Shown here piece by piece: positions 12,100 to 24,578 of a stretch of DNA of 64,000 nucleotides. Origin of the DNA: Octopus vulgaris (lineage: Eukaryota); NCBI GenBank assembly GCA_951406725.2, contig OX597820.1, positions 87,296,001 to 87,360,000 of the forward strand. The letters are read 5' to 3'. The position numbers were made by a program, and so were the translations under genes. Below the pieces are notes generated by a model. The model saw only the letters and a program-made list of their open reading frames with translations, was not told the DNA's origin and did no database searches. Position 1 is the stretch's first letter. The number at the start of each line of letters is the position of its first letter.

Positions 12100-12640
12100 A
12101 TTCATCCTTCTCCAAATTATATTCACAGAAGATTGACAATGTATCTTCTTCAATCAGTTGCCTGATAGTGTTGCCATTTAGAGTTTGTGGTATTGTTGGC
12201 CTGGAAATTTCCGCTATAATTCAATTCAAAATTGATATCTTTCCGGTATGGACGGGTTGATGGTCTTCTTGATCTCCTCTATTGCCGATCAGAAAGTCTA
12301 GCCTCACCAAGTGTTGGCCGCTGTGAGAGTTGGTCTAGAACAGTAAAGGATATTCTACCAAACTAAGTAGTGTTCTCTCCATCTTTTACTGCTGCTACTT
12401 TAACCATGACTTGCTAAGAGAGGAATGGTCCCTACCTAGGTGATTCATACACAGTCTCGACCAACTGAAGATCTAATTTCGGCTACACGTCAGCTGTTTG
12501 ATGATTCCATTTTTGTTTTCATCGAATTGTTATTCAGACCAGATTCCGATTTCCACTCCCACCGACATTTTACTTGCAGGGTAAGTATCAGGTACATCGA
12601 TGACACAAGCCTGAAAGAGGTTAGAAATAGTCATGGAAAT
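12100..12640 (-). mobile_element. Old RTE-like LINE fragment (region just before RT)
   Basis: Frame-broken relic LSQRPTLGE..IEEIKKTIN..HTGK..IIAEI resembling the EEI..KAPG.DGI.AE motif. Confidence 0.45.
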
Positions 12641-14117
12641 ATATCCTTCTTTCTTGACTAACTTATTTTTAAACAAACCAAAGATTGCTGCTCAAAAAAG
12701 CTACAAGGTAACCACTATAGTTTTGATACAAATCGTATAATCGTATACAGAAAATTTAAATTGTCTAAGCATACAACATAATGACAAATCACAGGCAGTC
12801 ATCTGGTTGATATAGCATATCTAAACGGAGAAAATCTTCATTTCTGGTTCAATTTATGTTCTGCCAGTTTCATAGTAGAACTTGGCTCAATAAATATTTT
12901 CTTAGATCCAAGACGTTATGGCCTGATGAGATTTTATCAGCAAAGGAATCATATTTCTTAACTTGCTTTCGTCTTCGGTCTCTTCTCATACTTTCTCTCT
13001 GCGATTAAATTTCATTGTCTGTTTGTCTACTTATTATCTATTTTACTTTTAGTTTTAGTTTTTTTTTTAATTTCTTCCCCACTTCCTCAGATATTTATTC
13101 AACATTGTCTCACCTGTTTTTTTTTTTTGTTTTTTTTTACATTCCTTCTCATTTTTTGTTCTGTGATTCTCTCTATCGTTTTATGTGACTTTTTACCCTG
13201 TCAACTATAAACAGTGTTTGGCAGTGAAAAGGGTGTCTGTGTCTGTCCGCGACTACAATGACACACAAAGCAATCAGCGAAAGCGTACTACAAGCTACAA
13301 GGTTACACTCTCTTGAAAGATATAGCCAATCTACAGCAACGTATAGTAAACATCTGCCCACCAATGTTGTATGACACCCACTTTTTCTCCATTTGCTATG
13401 CTGAACATTCTAGCCATATACAACACGTGCCCACGTTATTCTTCCTTTACTCATCTTTACCGTGCAACACCTTGACACACCTGTATCGTCAACTTTTGTC
13501 ACTCCTTCAGTACATCAACTGACACATCTGCATCCTCTCCCATAAACATCAGATACGGCTAAATGTTTTAAAAGTTTGCTTTAAAATCACACATTTCCAG
13601 GTTCGAACCCAATGCACAGTACCTCCTGCAACCATCTTAAGTAAAGTAAATGAGTCTCTGATAATTTCAGCAAGTGAGTTACCTGCTCACTGAATATTCC
13701 ACAGTCGTGTGTACCATTAACGTAGTCCTCAGGTAGAAATCAATATGATACAGAGCGTGACTAGGCTGTATCCTTTAAATTACATGCGCAATCCATCAAA
13801 CAAACTTGCACACATTTTAGACCCAAATTTCCTTACATGCCCGAAATGTCACACTGGTGACGAACGCATAACGTCGAGATTGTGAAGCGAACTTCTTTCG
13901 GCTATTCTACAGCCACTTTCTGTATAAGAATTATAATAAGAATTATCGAATGAACGCGACTTTCATTGCTATGAATATTATATTTAGCTATCAATGTTTT
14001 TCTCTGACTCTCTCCTTTTCTCTATTTCTTTCTCTCTCCACATACACACACACACACATGCACACATAAGCAAACGCTACACGCACACATACACACAAGT
14101 ACACGCATGCACTCACA

Positions 14118-14154
<37 letters not shown>

Positions 14155-14165
14155 ACACACACACA

Positions 14166-14693
14166 CAGGGTGTCCCAGAATTAACTATTTCAATGAAATC
14201 GGGCAAATTTTAAAAAACTGACAGAAGTTTATGTTTATTACTTAATTATGATACCGAAACAAATATATTTATAAATCTCACGTCAAAACGTTAGCGAATA
14301 TTTTCAACATGTGCTCTATCCGTATCCCCGCAAATTTCAGATCTATCCTCAGCGTTGCGAAACACATTTTGAAGCATTTCAGGAGTAATCCCCAGCACAG
14401 CTAACTGAAAGCATTTTTTAAGTTCAGCAAAAAAAATTGCTCCATCCTTGGGTTGGAGGTAGGGAAAATGATCGCAGCCAAATTGAAAAAAAAGTTGTCG
14501 TGGACAGATAAATGGGAGCCAACAGGAATTAAAATAAAATTATGAAAAATTATATAAAAATTATAAAATTATATACAAAATTAAAAATTCATACAATTTT
14601 AACACATATTAAACATAAGAATAAATAAAAGTGAGTTTTAAAAAAAAATTGTCCGGTTACAATGGAATAGATAGTTAATACTAGGACACCCTA
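14166..14693 (-). mobile_element. Non-autonomous Tc1/mariner-superfamily element
   Basis: TIRs CAGGGTGTCCCAGAATTAACTAT / ATAGTTAATACTAGGACACCCTA; C-terminal relic VFRNAEDRSEIC..AHVEN. Confidence 0.8.
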
Positions 14694-14789
14694 AATATAT
14701 ATTGTGTGGTGGGTGGGTGGGGGGGGCGTGTACGCCTATGTGTCTATCAATGAACAAAAATCCTTCCTACTCATAGACTTATAAAGCCG

Positions 14790-14962
14790 GTTTCCTAGAG
14801 TCAGTCGCAGAATTACTCATTTTTGCCAGCTAATTGGATTGGAGCAACGTGAAATTAAGTGTTTTGCTCAAGAACACAACGCATCGCCTGGACCAGGAAT
14901 CGAAACCACAATCTTATGATGATGAGCGCAACGCCCTAACCACTAATCCACGCGCCCTGCAT
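14790..14962 (-). mobile_element. CORE-like tRNA SINE fragment (family D)
   Basis: GGAGCAACGTGAAAT..TTGCTCAAGAACACAAC matches 21441-21480; tRNA-like A and B boxes on the minus strand. Confidence 0.75.
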
Positions 14963-14990
14963 AAACGTATATACATGTATACATGCATAC

Positions 14991-15028
<38 letters not shown>

Positions 15029-15176
15029 AGAACCACTCCTTGGAATATTACCCTTGTTTAATCAAAAAAGTTGAATCTCTCATTGTACACCCCAAAAAGG
15101 TAAGCAATTATTTCAGCTCTGAATAGTTACCGAAGACCTTCATTAAAGTATTAATTACAAATCTAGGACTAAGTAG

Positions 15177-15210
<34 letters not shown>

Positions 15211-15765
15211 ATACACACACTCATGCACACGCAAACACTCTCCCGCTCTCTCTCTCCCTCTCATATAGGATTACTACATCGGTTCTTGTCAACTCTTCAC
15301 CAACCAATAAACCTCACTTGACTCCGTCCATCTCCCCTACGACATCACATTAATCTCCATTCCTTTGAAACCAGCAAGAACGGATTATCACAAATCCTTC
15401 CAGAAAAAGCAACCAAATATCCGTCAACTGAAATTCTGTTGTCTCGAAAAAGTACATTTTACTAATGAAACCTAAGGTACACATTGCCTGAAACAGAGAT
15501 GGAAGTGTTATGGCTGGAGCGTCTCTGATTATAACTATAATGAGCTTAGCAGTGCGAGGAAGAAGTCGAAAGACTGAGGTGAATAGTAACAGTTATATTA
15601 ATGGTTGAGGGTGACTAACGACAGTACTCATGAACTTGCAGACCCCTGTAGGCTATTTGTGAGATTGAAGCTGTAGATTCATACCCTGAAACAGTTTCAG
15701 ATTTTCTATAAGTGTCCTGCATGTTGTTTGTGAATGCTTGACCTAGCTGACTGCCGCTAAATGTA

Positions 15766-16152
15766 GGGGAAGGAAGCACTCCATCGGTTACGACGACGAG
15801 GGTTCCGGTTGATCCGAATCAACGGAACAGCCTGCTCGTGAAATTAACGTGTAAGTGGCTGAGCACTCCACAGACACGTGTACGCTTAACGTAGTTCTCG
15901 GGGATATTCAGCGTGACACAGAGAGTGACAAGGCCGGCCCTTTGAAATACAGGTACAACAGAAACAGGAAGTAAGAGTGAGAGAAAGTTGTGCTGAAAGA
16001 GTACAGCAGGGATCACCACCATCCCCTGCCGGAGCCTCGTGGAGCTTAGGTGTTTTCGCTCAATAAACACTCACAACGCCCGGTCTGGGAATCGAAACCG
16101 CGATCCTATGACCGCGAGTCCGCTGCCCTAACCACTGGGCCATTGCGCCTCC
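15766..16152 (-). mobile_element. Young full-length tRNA-derived SINE (family C) with 16-bp TSD
   Basis: Minus-strand head GGAGGCGCAATGGCCCAGTGGTTAGG..GGTTTCGATTCCC; perfect TSD ACTGCCGCTAAATGTA at 15750-15765 and 16153-16168; CpGs retained. Decayed relative at ~13680-13790. Confidence 0.93.
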
Positions 16153-16199
16153 ACTGCCGCTAAATGTACGCAGCGACCAAATAGTTGGTGTTTATGCTA

Positions 16200-16415
16200 G
16201 CCCACTATTGACACCGCACCTTCTACTTTTATTCTTTTATTCGACACTATCTTCATCGTTCCCATGGTCATTGTAGTTAGCTTTTGGTGATGGAGGGAGT
16301 TTGATGTTGCTGCTCTCATTTGAGTTTCTTTTTATGATATAGGTTCATCTGGGATCTTGGACAGCAGAAGGTCAAGGTGTTTCTTGAAAACATCTACCCC
16401 CACTCCATGTAGGTT
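16200..16415 (-). mobile_element. 3' fragment of a CR1/L2-group LINE related to 4258-6378
   Basis: NLHGVGVDVFKKHLDLLLSKIPDEP..QMRAATSNSLHHQ versus [38 protein letters not shown]. Confidence 0.85.
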
Positions 16416-16679
16416 AAACCATTTTTTTCTTTACACCATTAACAATTTCTTGTTAATTCTGTAAATTTTCTCATCTAAACTTTATATAAAAAGAACCTTT
16501 CTAACTATTTAAGTACACTATGAAAATGGACGTAATTACAATGAAATTACAGAAAGCATTATTCTTCTTTTATTATTCTTAATTTTAATGCTATATAGGC
16601 AGTACGGTTATTAACCATATAGTGGCGACTATTTGTGAATAAATCCGTTAACAAAGCAGGAAATAATAAGATAAATCAG

Positions 16680-16804
16680 AAGAAGGAAAAGAAGAAGAAG
16701 AAGAAGAAGAAGAAGAAGAAGAAGAAGAAGAAGAAGAAGAAGAAGAAGAAGAAGAAGAAGAAGAAGAAGAAGAAGAAGAAGAAGGAGGAGGAGAAGAAGA
16801 AGAG
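16680..16804. repeat. (AAG)n microsatellite
   Basis: Direct reading. Confidence 0.97.
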
Positions 16805-17600
16805 GTGTGGGGAGAAAGGAGGACCAATTGCTACAATCCGATTAAATTTACAATCTTCTTTTGAGGGAATAAATTGCAGATTAGTGTTGAGAATCATTTA
16901 TATTCAGACGAAAGATTCCATATGATTAAGGAACTACTGCTTCTTTTCATTCCTTCAATTGTAAATCTTGCATATTTTTTTTTGGTGTTGCTTTTTCTGT
17001 TTGTTTGTTTTGTTTTTTCAGACATTTCTGATTTGAAGTTGAAATTTGTTTTGTTTTTGTTTTTTACTTTGTGTTTCTTTGTTAATTATTTTAGTTTCTG
17101 TTTCTCTTTATTATTTATTCATTAAATTTTTTTTTTCTAGTTAATTTTTCGTTCAGTTTGCCTGAAGGCAATTTGAACTTTGCTGTCGTATTATAACACA
17201 CAAATGCATCGATCTCTTCATCACAAGGCCAAAAGTGCTGTTATTTACCCCATGACAAACCAGATCGAGCAGACATGTAGCACAAGATAATCCAGCCGTG
17301 ACCTTCTCGGTTTTTTTTTTCTAGTAATAGTGTATCCATGAGTACATTATCCAATATCTCCTTCCATTTTTAAGACGAAGTCAGTTGAAAGAGATGCAGC
17401 TGCTATTTCTAGGCCCGATGGGGCAAAAATTTCATAAATACGAAACGTCGTGTTTCCTTTAAATTCTATAGAAAATCTTTAAAATGAAAACTACTCATTG
17501 CTAAGACAAATGTTGGTCACAATACTGACATATAAATCTTTAATATACTTAATAGTACATTATGGTTGCAAGACGACATACGATGTCCCTACCAGCAATT

Positions 17601-18000
17601 GGCGAGCTGGCAGAAATGTTAGTATGCCGGGCGAAATGCTTAGCGGTATTTCGTCTGCCGCTACGTTCTGAGTTCAAATTCCGCCGAGGTCGACTTTGCC
17701 TTTTATCCTTTCGGGGTCGATTAAATAAGAACCAGTTACGCACTGGGGTCGATGTAATCGACTTAATCCGTTTGTCTGTCCTTTTTTGTCCTCTCTGTGT
17801 TTAGCCCCTTGTGGGTAGTAAAGAAATAGGTATTTCGTTTGCCGTTTCGTTCTGAGTTCAAATTCTGCCGAGGTCGACTTTGCCTTTCATTCTTTTGGGG
17901 TCGATAAATTAAGTACTAGTTACGTACTGGGATTGATCTAATCGACTGGCTCCCCACCCAAAAAAAAAAATGTCGGGCCTTGTGCCTAGAATAGAAAAGA
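17601..18000 (+). mobile_element. SINE family B with internal tandem unit
   Basis: GGCGAGCTGGCAGAA head, GAGTTCAAATTCC B box, central GTCGACTTTGCCTTTCATCCTTTCGGGGTCGATAAA..AGTACCAG (resembles the Meta/MESC domain from memory); body present twice. Confidence 0.9.
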
Positions 18001-18018
18001 ATATGTATGTACCAGTTA

Positions 18019-18212
18019 AGGCGGCGAACCGACAGAATCGTTAGCACGCTGGCAAAATGCTTAGCGGAATTTCATCCGTCTTTACGTTCTAAGTTCAAAT
18101 TCCGCCGTGGTCGACTTAACCTTTCATCTTTTCAGGATCGATAAAATGAATATCAGCAGAGCACTGGGGTCGATGTAATCGACTTACTGCCTTCCCCAAA
18201 CTTGCTGGCCCC
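18019..18212 (+). mobile_element. SINE family B
   Basis: Same head and central domain as 17601. Confidence 0.88.
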
Positions 18213-18426
18213 CAACATGTATGTGCTAATCGCCAGAAATGTGTTTGATATGTAAATTGGTTTCTCCAGTAGTGTTACACCGCTAAGATTAGTAGGTATT
18301 TAAGCAATGTATTCATGGCTTGGATGTGGTATTGCAAAAGAAGCAGTAACTCCTGAAATATGCGTATACACCTATTATTTATTATTCTATTTCGATCGCA
18401 TTGTTTACATGGAAACATACGAAACA

Positions 18427-18627
18427 AGGCGGCGAAATGCTTGGCGGTATTTCGTCTGTCTTTACGTTATAAGTTCAAATTCCGCCGAGGTCGACTTTGC
18501 CTTTACATCCTTTCGGGGTCGATAAATTAAGTACCAGTTACGCACTGGGGTCGATGTAATCCCTTTGTCTGTCCTTGTTTGTCCCCTCTGTGTTTAGCCC
18601 CTTGTGGGCAATAAAGAAATAAGAAAT
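18427..18627 (+). mobile_element. SINE family B, head-deleted, with 10-bp TSD
   Basis: ATACGAAACA at 18417-18426 and 18628-18637; (AAGAAAT)n tail. Confidence 0.85.
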
Positions 18628-18859
18628 ATACGAAACATCGTAAATTTCAATGCTAACTCTAAATTCTATAGAAAATCTGTTGAGATAAACTTAGTTAAAA
18701 TAGATCCTTTCTATTATAGGTACAAGGTCTGCAATTCGGGAGAGGGAACCACTCGATTACAACGACCCCAGTGCTTAACTGTTACTTATTTTATCGACCC
18801 CGAAAGAAGAAAGAAGAAGAAGAAGAAGAAGAAGAAGAAGAAGATCATAACTGAGCATC

Positions 18860-20095
18860 ACCTTTATCACCGTCATAGGTACAGCAAGAAAGGCGATGCA
18901 AATGATGGTGCAATACAGGAGACCTAGCTGTTATACGGTGTGGAAATAAGGGCTATTTCAGGACTTTTAGTCTGGAAGAAACTGAAAGGTGGGTGATGGG
19001 AGAGCAGCAGAACCGACAACAACAACATCCTCAATCTTCATAACTGATACCAAGTAGCAGATTATCAGGACTCCGGAGACTCTCTGCCAGTAGTGTTACC
19101 TCATCATTTTGCTACAATGACGTGGGTCAATAAGTATGATCATTGAAACCCCTACATGATCACATGTTATTTCTGGCTACCTCAGAACTCACAACCTGAC
19201 CAGACTGTGATACGAAGTTGTCAACGAACCAAAAGTTAAACGTCATTGTCTATAACCCTCGTATAGCGTCAATTCTTTTATTGCAGAACTAATGTATAGG
19301 ATATAATCCATCATCTCTGCCTGCTTCTTTGTCCCGTCTTCATTAAAAAAAACATAAAAAACCGGCGTATGGCTTAGTTGATTATTTCCATGAGATCGAG
19401 TTATCTTTTTGCTGCTGGTAACTACGATAATGGTACGGTTAGCTACAATGGTGGCCGTAATGGCGATAGCGAAAGGTTCTCAAGGATGGTAGAGGCGATT
19501 ATGACAGAGCAGACTAATGTTGCTGCTGCTGCAACTGTTTCAGCCTTCACGGATTTTTTCCTTCGCTTTTATTGCTGCTGTTGCAGGTGTTACTCTTAGT
19601 GCGGACTGTCGTTGTTATATGTGATGACAATAGTCGTTGTTTGGTGGGGGTTGAGGTGGTTGAAGCAGCGGTGAGCGTGCTGCTATTAATTTTGTCTCGT
19701 GTTTTCCACCGTCGACCATGTCTCCACTGCCTCAGCTGTAACTATCGTCTGCATAGTCACATTAGCCGTTCTTTCCTCCATTTCAAGCGGTACAGCGAAG
19801 GGGTGGTTCTTCTAAGTGCATATCCTTCTTACTCTCAATGTCATCGCCTCTCTTCTATGCCGATCTCTTTCGTTGTTGTGGTACTTTTTGCAAACAGCAG
19901 TTTTAAGACAGCTTCTCGAAAATTTTGAGCAATGAATTCGATCCGTTACAGAGGCTCCGACAAGGAACTGACCAACTCCTGCCGTTTCTGATCACTTCCG
20001 CAGCCAAATAAACCACAAATAAGCGACAACAAAACTTCTGTTAGAACAAAACTCCTAAATAACCAAACAAGACAAAACTCAGACGGAGAGCAATA
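18860..20095 (-). mobile_element. Possible highly decayed 5' portion of an L1/Tx1-like LINE
   Basis: GC-raised block with a Thr/Asn-rich linker and T-rich leader on the minus strand; similar layout at 21900-22600; no clean motif. Confidence 0.25.
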
Positions 20096-20798
20096 ATATT
20101 AATAATGAGGATAATGATGATGATAAGATAAAAGATTTAAAAAAATAATATACATACAGCTTTCATTGTTGGATCCATAATTTTTGAGCTACAAGCACTA
20201 TTTAAATTAAAGTATGTAGACAGTTAGCTGAAATCACATCGAAGCAAATATATAATTAAACATCTCTTAGCTAATATCTTCAAATTAAGTCACGTTCTTA
20301 CATATTTTTTTCTTTTTATTGTATCAAATTTATTCATTTCTTTTATTCGTTGCTTTTTTTTTCCATATTACAGTTATAATTTCATTAAACACATTTCAAA
20401 CCTTTTTTATCTTTAATTAAAATATATATATCCCACCCTTCAGGGCGAAAATTATATTCATATAATGGATTTTTCAGGATTTTCAACCCAGGGGCCCAAG
20501 GCTAAATAGTATTGTAAAATTTGCTGCAGTTTTACAATAATTATTAGTTGCGGTTTTTAATTTTTCGTAAATAATTTTTAAATTAGCAACATGTTTTAAA
20601 GCAAGACTTTAAGTTCATCGAAAGAAATAATTTATTTATGTATTCAGGCGATTAAATCATTAAACAAATATGTTATTCGAAGTTTAACGATAACGACATA
20701 AAAATAATCATGTTAATCTTAATATGAATTTACATGCGTTTATATATAAATTTTCCGTACAACCTATATGTGTGCGTGTGCGTCTGTGCGTGTGCGTC

Positions 20799-20841
<43 letters not shown>

Positions 20842-21226
20842 TGCTTTACTATAAAAGGTCATTAAAAAATTTGAATGGTTGGTTTGAGACAATTTACTCG
20901 TCTCATTCAAAATATGTCTTCACTATTCTCGTGAGAAAAATGTCTTACAATTATTCTAGAGTTCCATTCAAAACTATGATGCATTACAGGGATATACATC
21001 GGCCGAATATTTTACGAGCACTTCATTTTATCAACGCCAACGGAATGAAAGGCAAAAGTGAGCTCAGCAAGATTTGAACTCAGAACATAAAGGGCTTTTA
21101 AACAAATATGCTATCCTTTCTTTACCATATGAACCACTTACTGGCATTCGCTGAAATACTAAGAGACAGGAGTTTATTAATTTTTAACAGCTGGAATTTT
21201 TTTTTCAAATACAACGCTAAAACATG

Positions 21227-21559
21227 AAGACCCTCTTCGATCATGAATGACCATGAGATTGCACCTAGAAAGTTACCCTCCCAGGCACAAGTCCGGACAA
21301 GGTTGTTTGTGGAAGGCCAGCAGTCACCCATGCATACCAGCCTCCTCTCTCCACACCATTGATGTTATCCAAGGGAAAAACAAAGACCGATACAGCTTGG
21401 CACCAGTGATGTCGCAACTCATTTCTACAGCTGAGTAAACTGGAGCAACGTGAAATAAAGTGTCTTGCTCAAGAACACAACACGCAGCCCGATCCGAGAA
21501 TCGAACTCGCTTCACGATCGTAAGCTCGACGCTCTAACCACTGAGCCATGCGCCTTCAC
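21227..21559 (-). mobile_element. Full-length CORE-like tRNA SINE (family D) with 16-bp TSD
   Basis: Head GGCGCATGGCTCAGTGGTTAGAGC..GAGTTCGATTCTC; CORE-like GTGTTCTTGAGCAAGACACTTTATTTC; TSD ACAACGCTAAAACATG at 21211-21226 and 21560-21575. Confidence 0.92.
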
Positions 21560-22737
21560 ACAACGCTAAAACATGGATATTATAAAAACTTGTAAGAATA
21601 AACAAGGCAAGGTTATGTAAAAACGAAGCACATGTATAAAAGTACAAAAATGCACAATGAACCACCCACTCGTGAGCGCAGCTATTTGATGGGAACTCGG
21701 CAGCATTAGGGAAGTTTCTGTTTTTCAGGTTCCCCAAAAACTTTTTCCGTTTCTATTTCCTCTTCACCCCGACATCAGGTGAGCTCATCTTGACTACATT
21801 GGTGTATCGACAAAGTATCGGTGCGAGATCCACTTGGAGCTGAAGCATATATGCATAAATAAGTTAATACTTGTTTGTGTCTCTATTAAGGTAGGATTTT
21901 AAAGGGGTAAAAGCTTCTCTTGATTGTAGTGGTGGCCACAGAACTGTCCTTCTATACTTATTGTTTCTGTTCCCATTGTTGTTTTGGTGGTTTCTGTTCC
22001 AGTTACTGCTATAAATGCTGTAGTTGATACTGTTGCTATTGTGGTTGATGTTATTGTGTTGTCGTTGGTGTTGTTATCATTGTTGATGTGACTGATTATC
22101 AAGAACAGTGAATCGTGAGATGAATGGCGTGGCACCATATGTACAGTATCTGGCCCATCTCCCTTCCACCGCTACAAACAGTTGGGTGCTGTTTAGTAGC
22201 TGAGGCAGGTCAAAATTTTGATCTTTTGATATCCTTTTGGATCAGGAGCCTCGACTAGTTCTCCTGGCATCTTCAGGAATCACACATCTTCCACCTCTTA
22301 CACAAAACTGCTGCCAATAGGAACCCGATAGCTACTTCTTGCAGCACATTTGTCACCTTCACTTTCACCATTCACCAATTCATATACGAATAAATTAGCA
22401 TGAATTTTTCTCTCTTTATCGAGGTGGGGGAGTAGCTCTTCAGCTCACCCTCGGAGAAGAACATCAAGTCCATTGCCCGATAACATGTCACAAGAAACAA
22501 ATATGTTCTGCTTCCACTCTTTTTTCAGACTCTATTTATCCTGTTGTCCACCTTTTTATGCATCTAATTTTAGTGCCGTCAGTGTGGTCATCAGTTTTTA
22601 AGACAATTTTACTGGATACTGAAAATGTCGAATATCAGAGTCTAGAATAATTATGCCAATATTCATATCTGCTCGATAAGAACTGGCGTTGAGCAACATT
22701 ATAGGCAACCGCTATTTACAAGGGACGTAGTAATAAT

Positions 22738-22958
22738 ATTGGTTTCAAATTTTGGCACAAAGCCAGCAATTTCGGGATAGGGGTAAACTGATTACATTGA
22801 TCCCAATACTCAACTGGTACTTATTTTATCGAGCCACGAAAGGATGAAAGTCAAAGTGGACATCGGCGGAATTTGAACTCAGAGCGTAAAGTGGGACGAA
22901 ATGTTGCTTAGCATTTTGTCCGGCATGCTAACGTTTCTGCCATCACTCCGGCTGTAAC

Positions 22959-22993
<35 letters not shown>

Positions 22994-23210
22994 GGTTTCA
23001 AATTTTGACACAAGGCCAGCAATTTCGGAGGAGGGGTTAAGTCGTTTACAGCGACCCCAGTATTCAACTAGTACTTATTTTTATCGACCCTGAAAGGATG
23101 TATGTCAAAGTCGACCTCGGAGGAGTTTGAACTCAGAACACAAAGAGGGACGAAATGCCGCTGAGCATTTTGCCCGGTGTGCTAACAATTTTATCAGCTC
23201 GCTGCCCTTA
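22738..23210 (-). mobile_element. Two adjacent family-B SINEs separated by (AAT)n
   Basis: Reverse complements of the family B head and central domain at ~22740-22955 and ~22990-23210. Confidence 0.85.
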
Positions 23211-24203
23211 ACGTAATAATATAATAATATGATAATATTCGTGAGATGAATGTTAATCGTTTACTAAATGGACAAGATGCAGAGCTTAATCTTAAGCTTA
23301 ACTTGCATTTCTATACATTTAATTTTACGAAAAATAAATTGACGAAAAGAAAACACGTAGTAGTTATCCACATATATACAGCTTGTTTAAGAAATAAACA
23401 TCCATTACAGTTTAGTTTCTAGATTGTATAGCTGAGTATAAGTAAAAAAAAAAAAGAAAAATGTACTTTATATACTGAAATGATAAAAAATACTTCGGAA
23501 AATTACTGATTATCTTTATCCCAAACATCCGCGAGAAGTATTTGCATCAGCAAACTACTGCAAAGTATTCTTTCTGTGACTTCTTTGCAGCGAAAAACAA
23601 AACCTGACATTTGTACAAGTTGGGAAAACTATGAACTGTGAGATACTAGCAACAACAGATATTTCCCTGAAGAAAATTTATAGCAATTCTGAATTATATC
23701 TAAAACATGCGTACATGATGTAGTAAACTTGAGTGATTCAAAAGAGACGTTATAAGGCACGTAGGCAATGATTTTCCAGAACAGTATGAATAAACTTCAT
23801 ATGATTTTATAGTTGTGTTTTATTCGTCTGGAGAAGACTATACCGTTATGGATTTCTCGGTATTCATCGAAATATTGATTCTATAAATGTGAATAACATC
23901 GGTTATTATGGTTCATTTCTGTGTGTGCATATTTGTGCGTGCATTTTTGTGTGTGCACATATATGTGGATACGTCTGTGTGTGTATGCTTATGTGATATA
24001 GTGGCGTGTTAAGTAAATACATGAGAAGAGTGTATCGTAAGAATACTATTACTTGCTTGCTTCACATTTTTCGCAAAAGTATACAGAATATATTCCAAAA
24101 CGCTTTATCATTATAAACATCTACAACTGCACTTAGTATCATCCCTCACATACACAAAAATAGATACACGGTCTGTCAAATACACATACGATATATATAT
24201 GTA

Positions 24204-24578
24204 AGGAGTGGCTGTGCGGTAAGTAGCTTGCTAACCAACCACATGGTTCCGGGTTCAGTCCCACTGCGTGGCATCTTGGGCAAGTGTCTTCTGCTATAGC
24301 CTCGGGCCGACCAAAGTCTTGTGAGTGGATTTGGTAGACGGAAACTGAAAGAAGCCTGTCGTATATATGTATATATATATATGTATGTGTGTGTATATGT
24401 GTGTCTGTGTTTGTCTCTCTAGCATTGCTTGACAACCGATGCTGGTGTGTTTACGTCCCCGTCACTTAGCGGCTCGGCAAAAGAGACCGATAGAATAAGT
24501 ACTGGGCTTACAAAGAATAAGTCCCGGGGTCGATTTGCTCGACTAAAGGCGGTGCTCCAGCATGGCCGCAGTCAAATG
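24204..24578 (+). mobile_element. SINE family A with internal (TA/TG)n and LINE-like tail
   Basis: Head AGGAGTGGCTGTGCGGTAAG..GGGTTCAGTCCC; tail GGCGGTGCTCCAGCATGGCCGCAGTCAAATG. Confidence 0.92.

Noticed and set aside
16075-16152. tRNA-like sequence (also 21485-21557 and 31895-31950)
   Set aside because: These are SINE heads; no proper acceptor stem, and two continue into SINE bodies bounded by TSDs.
16635-16925. Poly-Lys ORF
   Set aside because: Translation of an (AAG)n microsatellite.
17601-18627. Regularly recurring repeats that might suggest a CRISPR array
   Set aside because: Units are ~190-bp SINE bodies with no unique spacers or cas genes; the context is eukaryotic.
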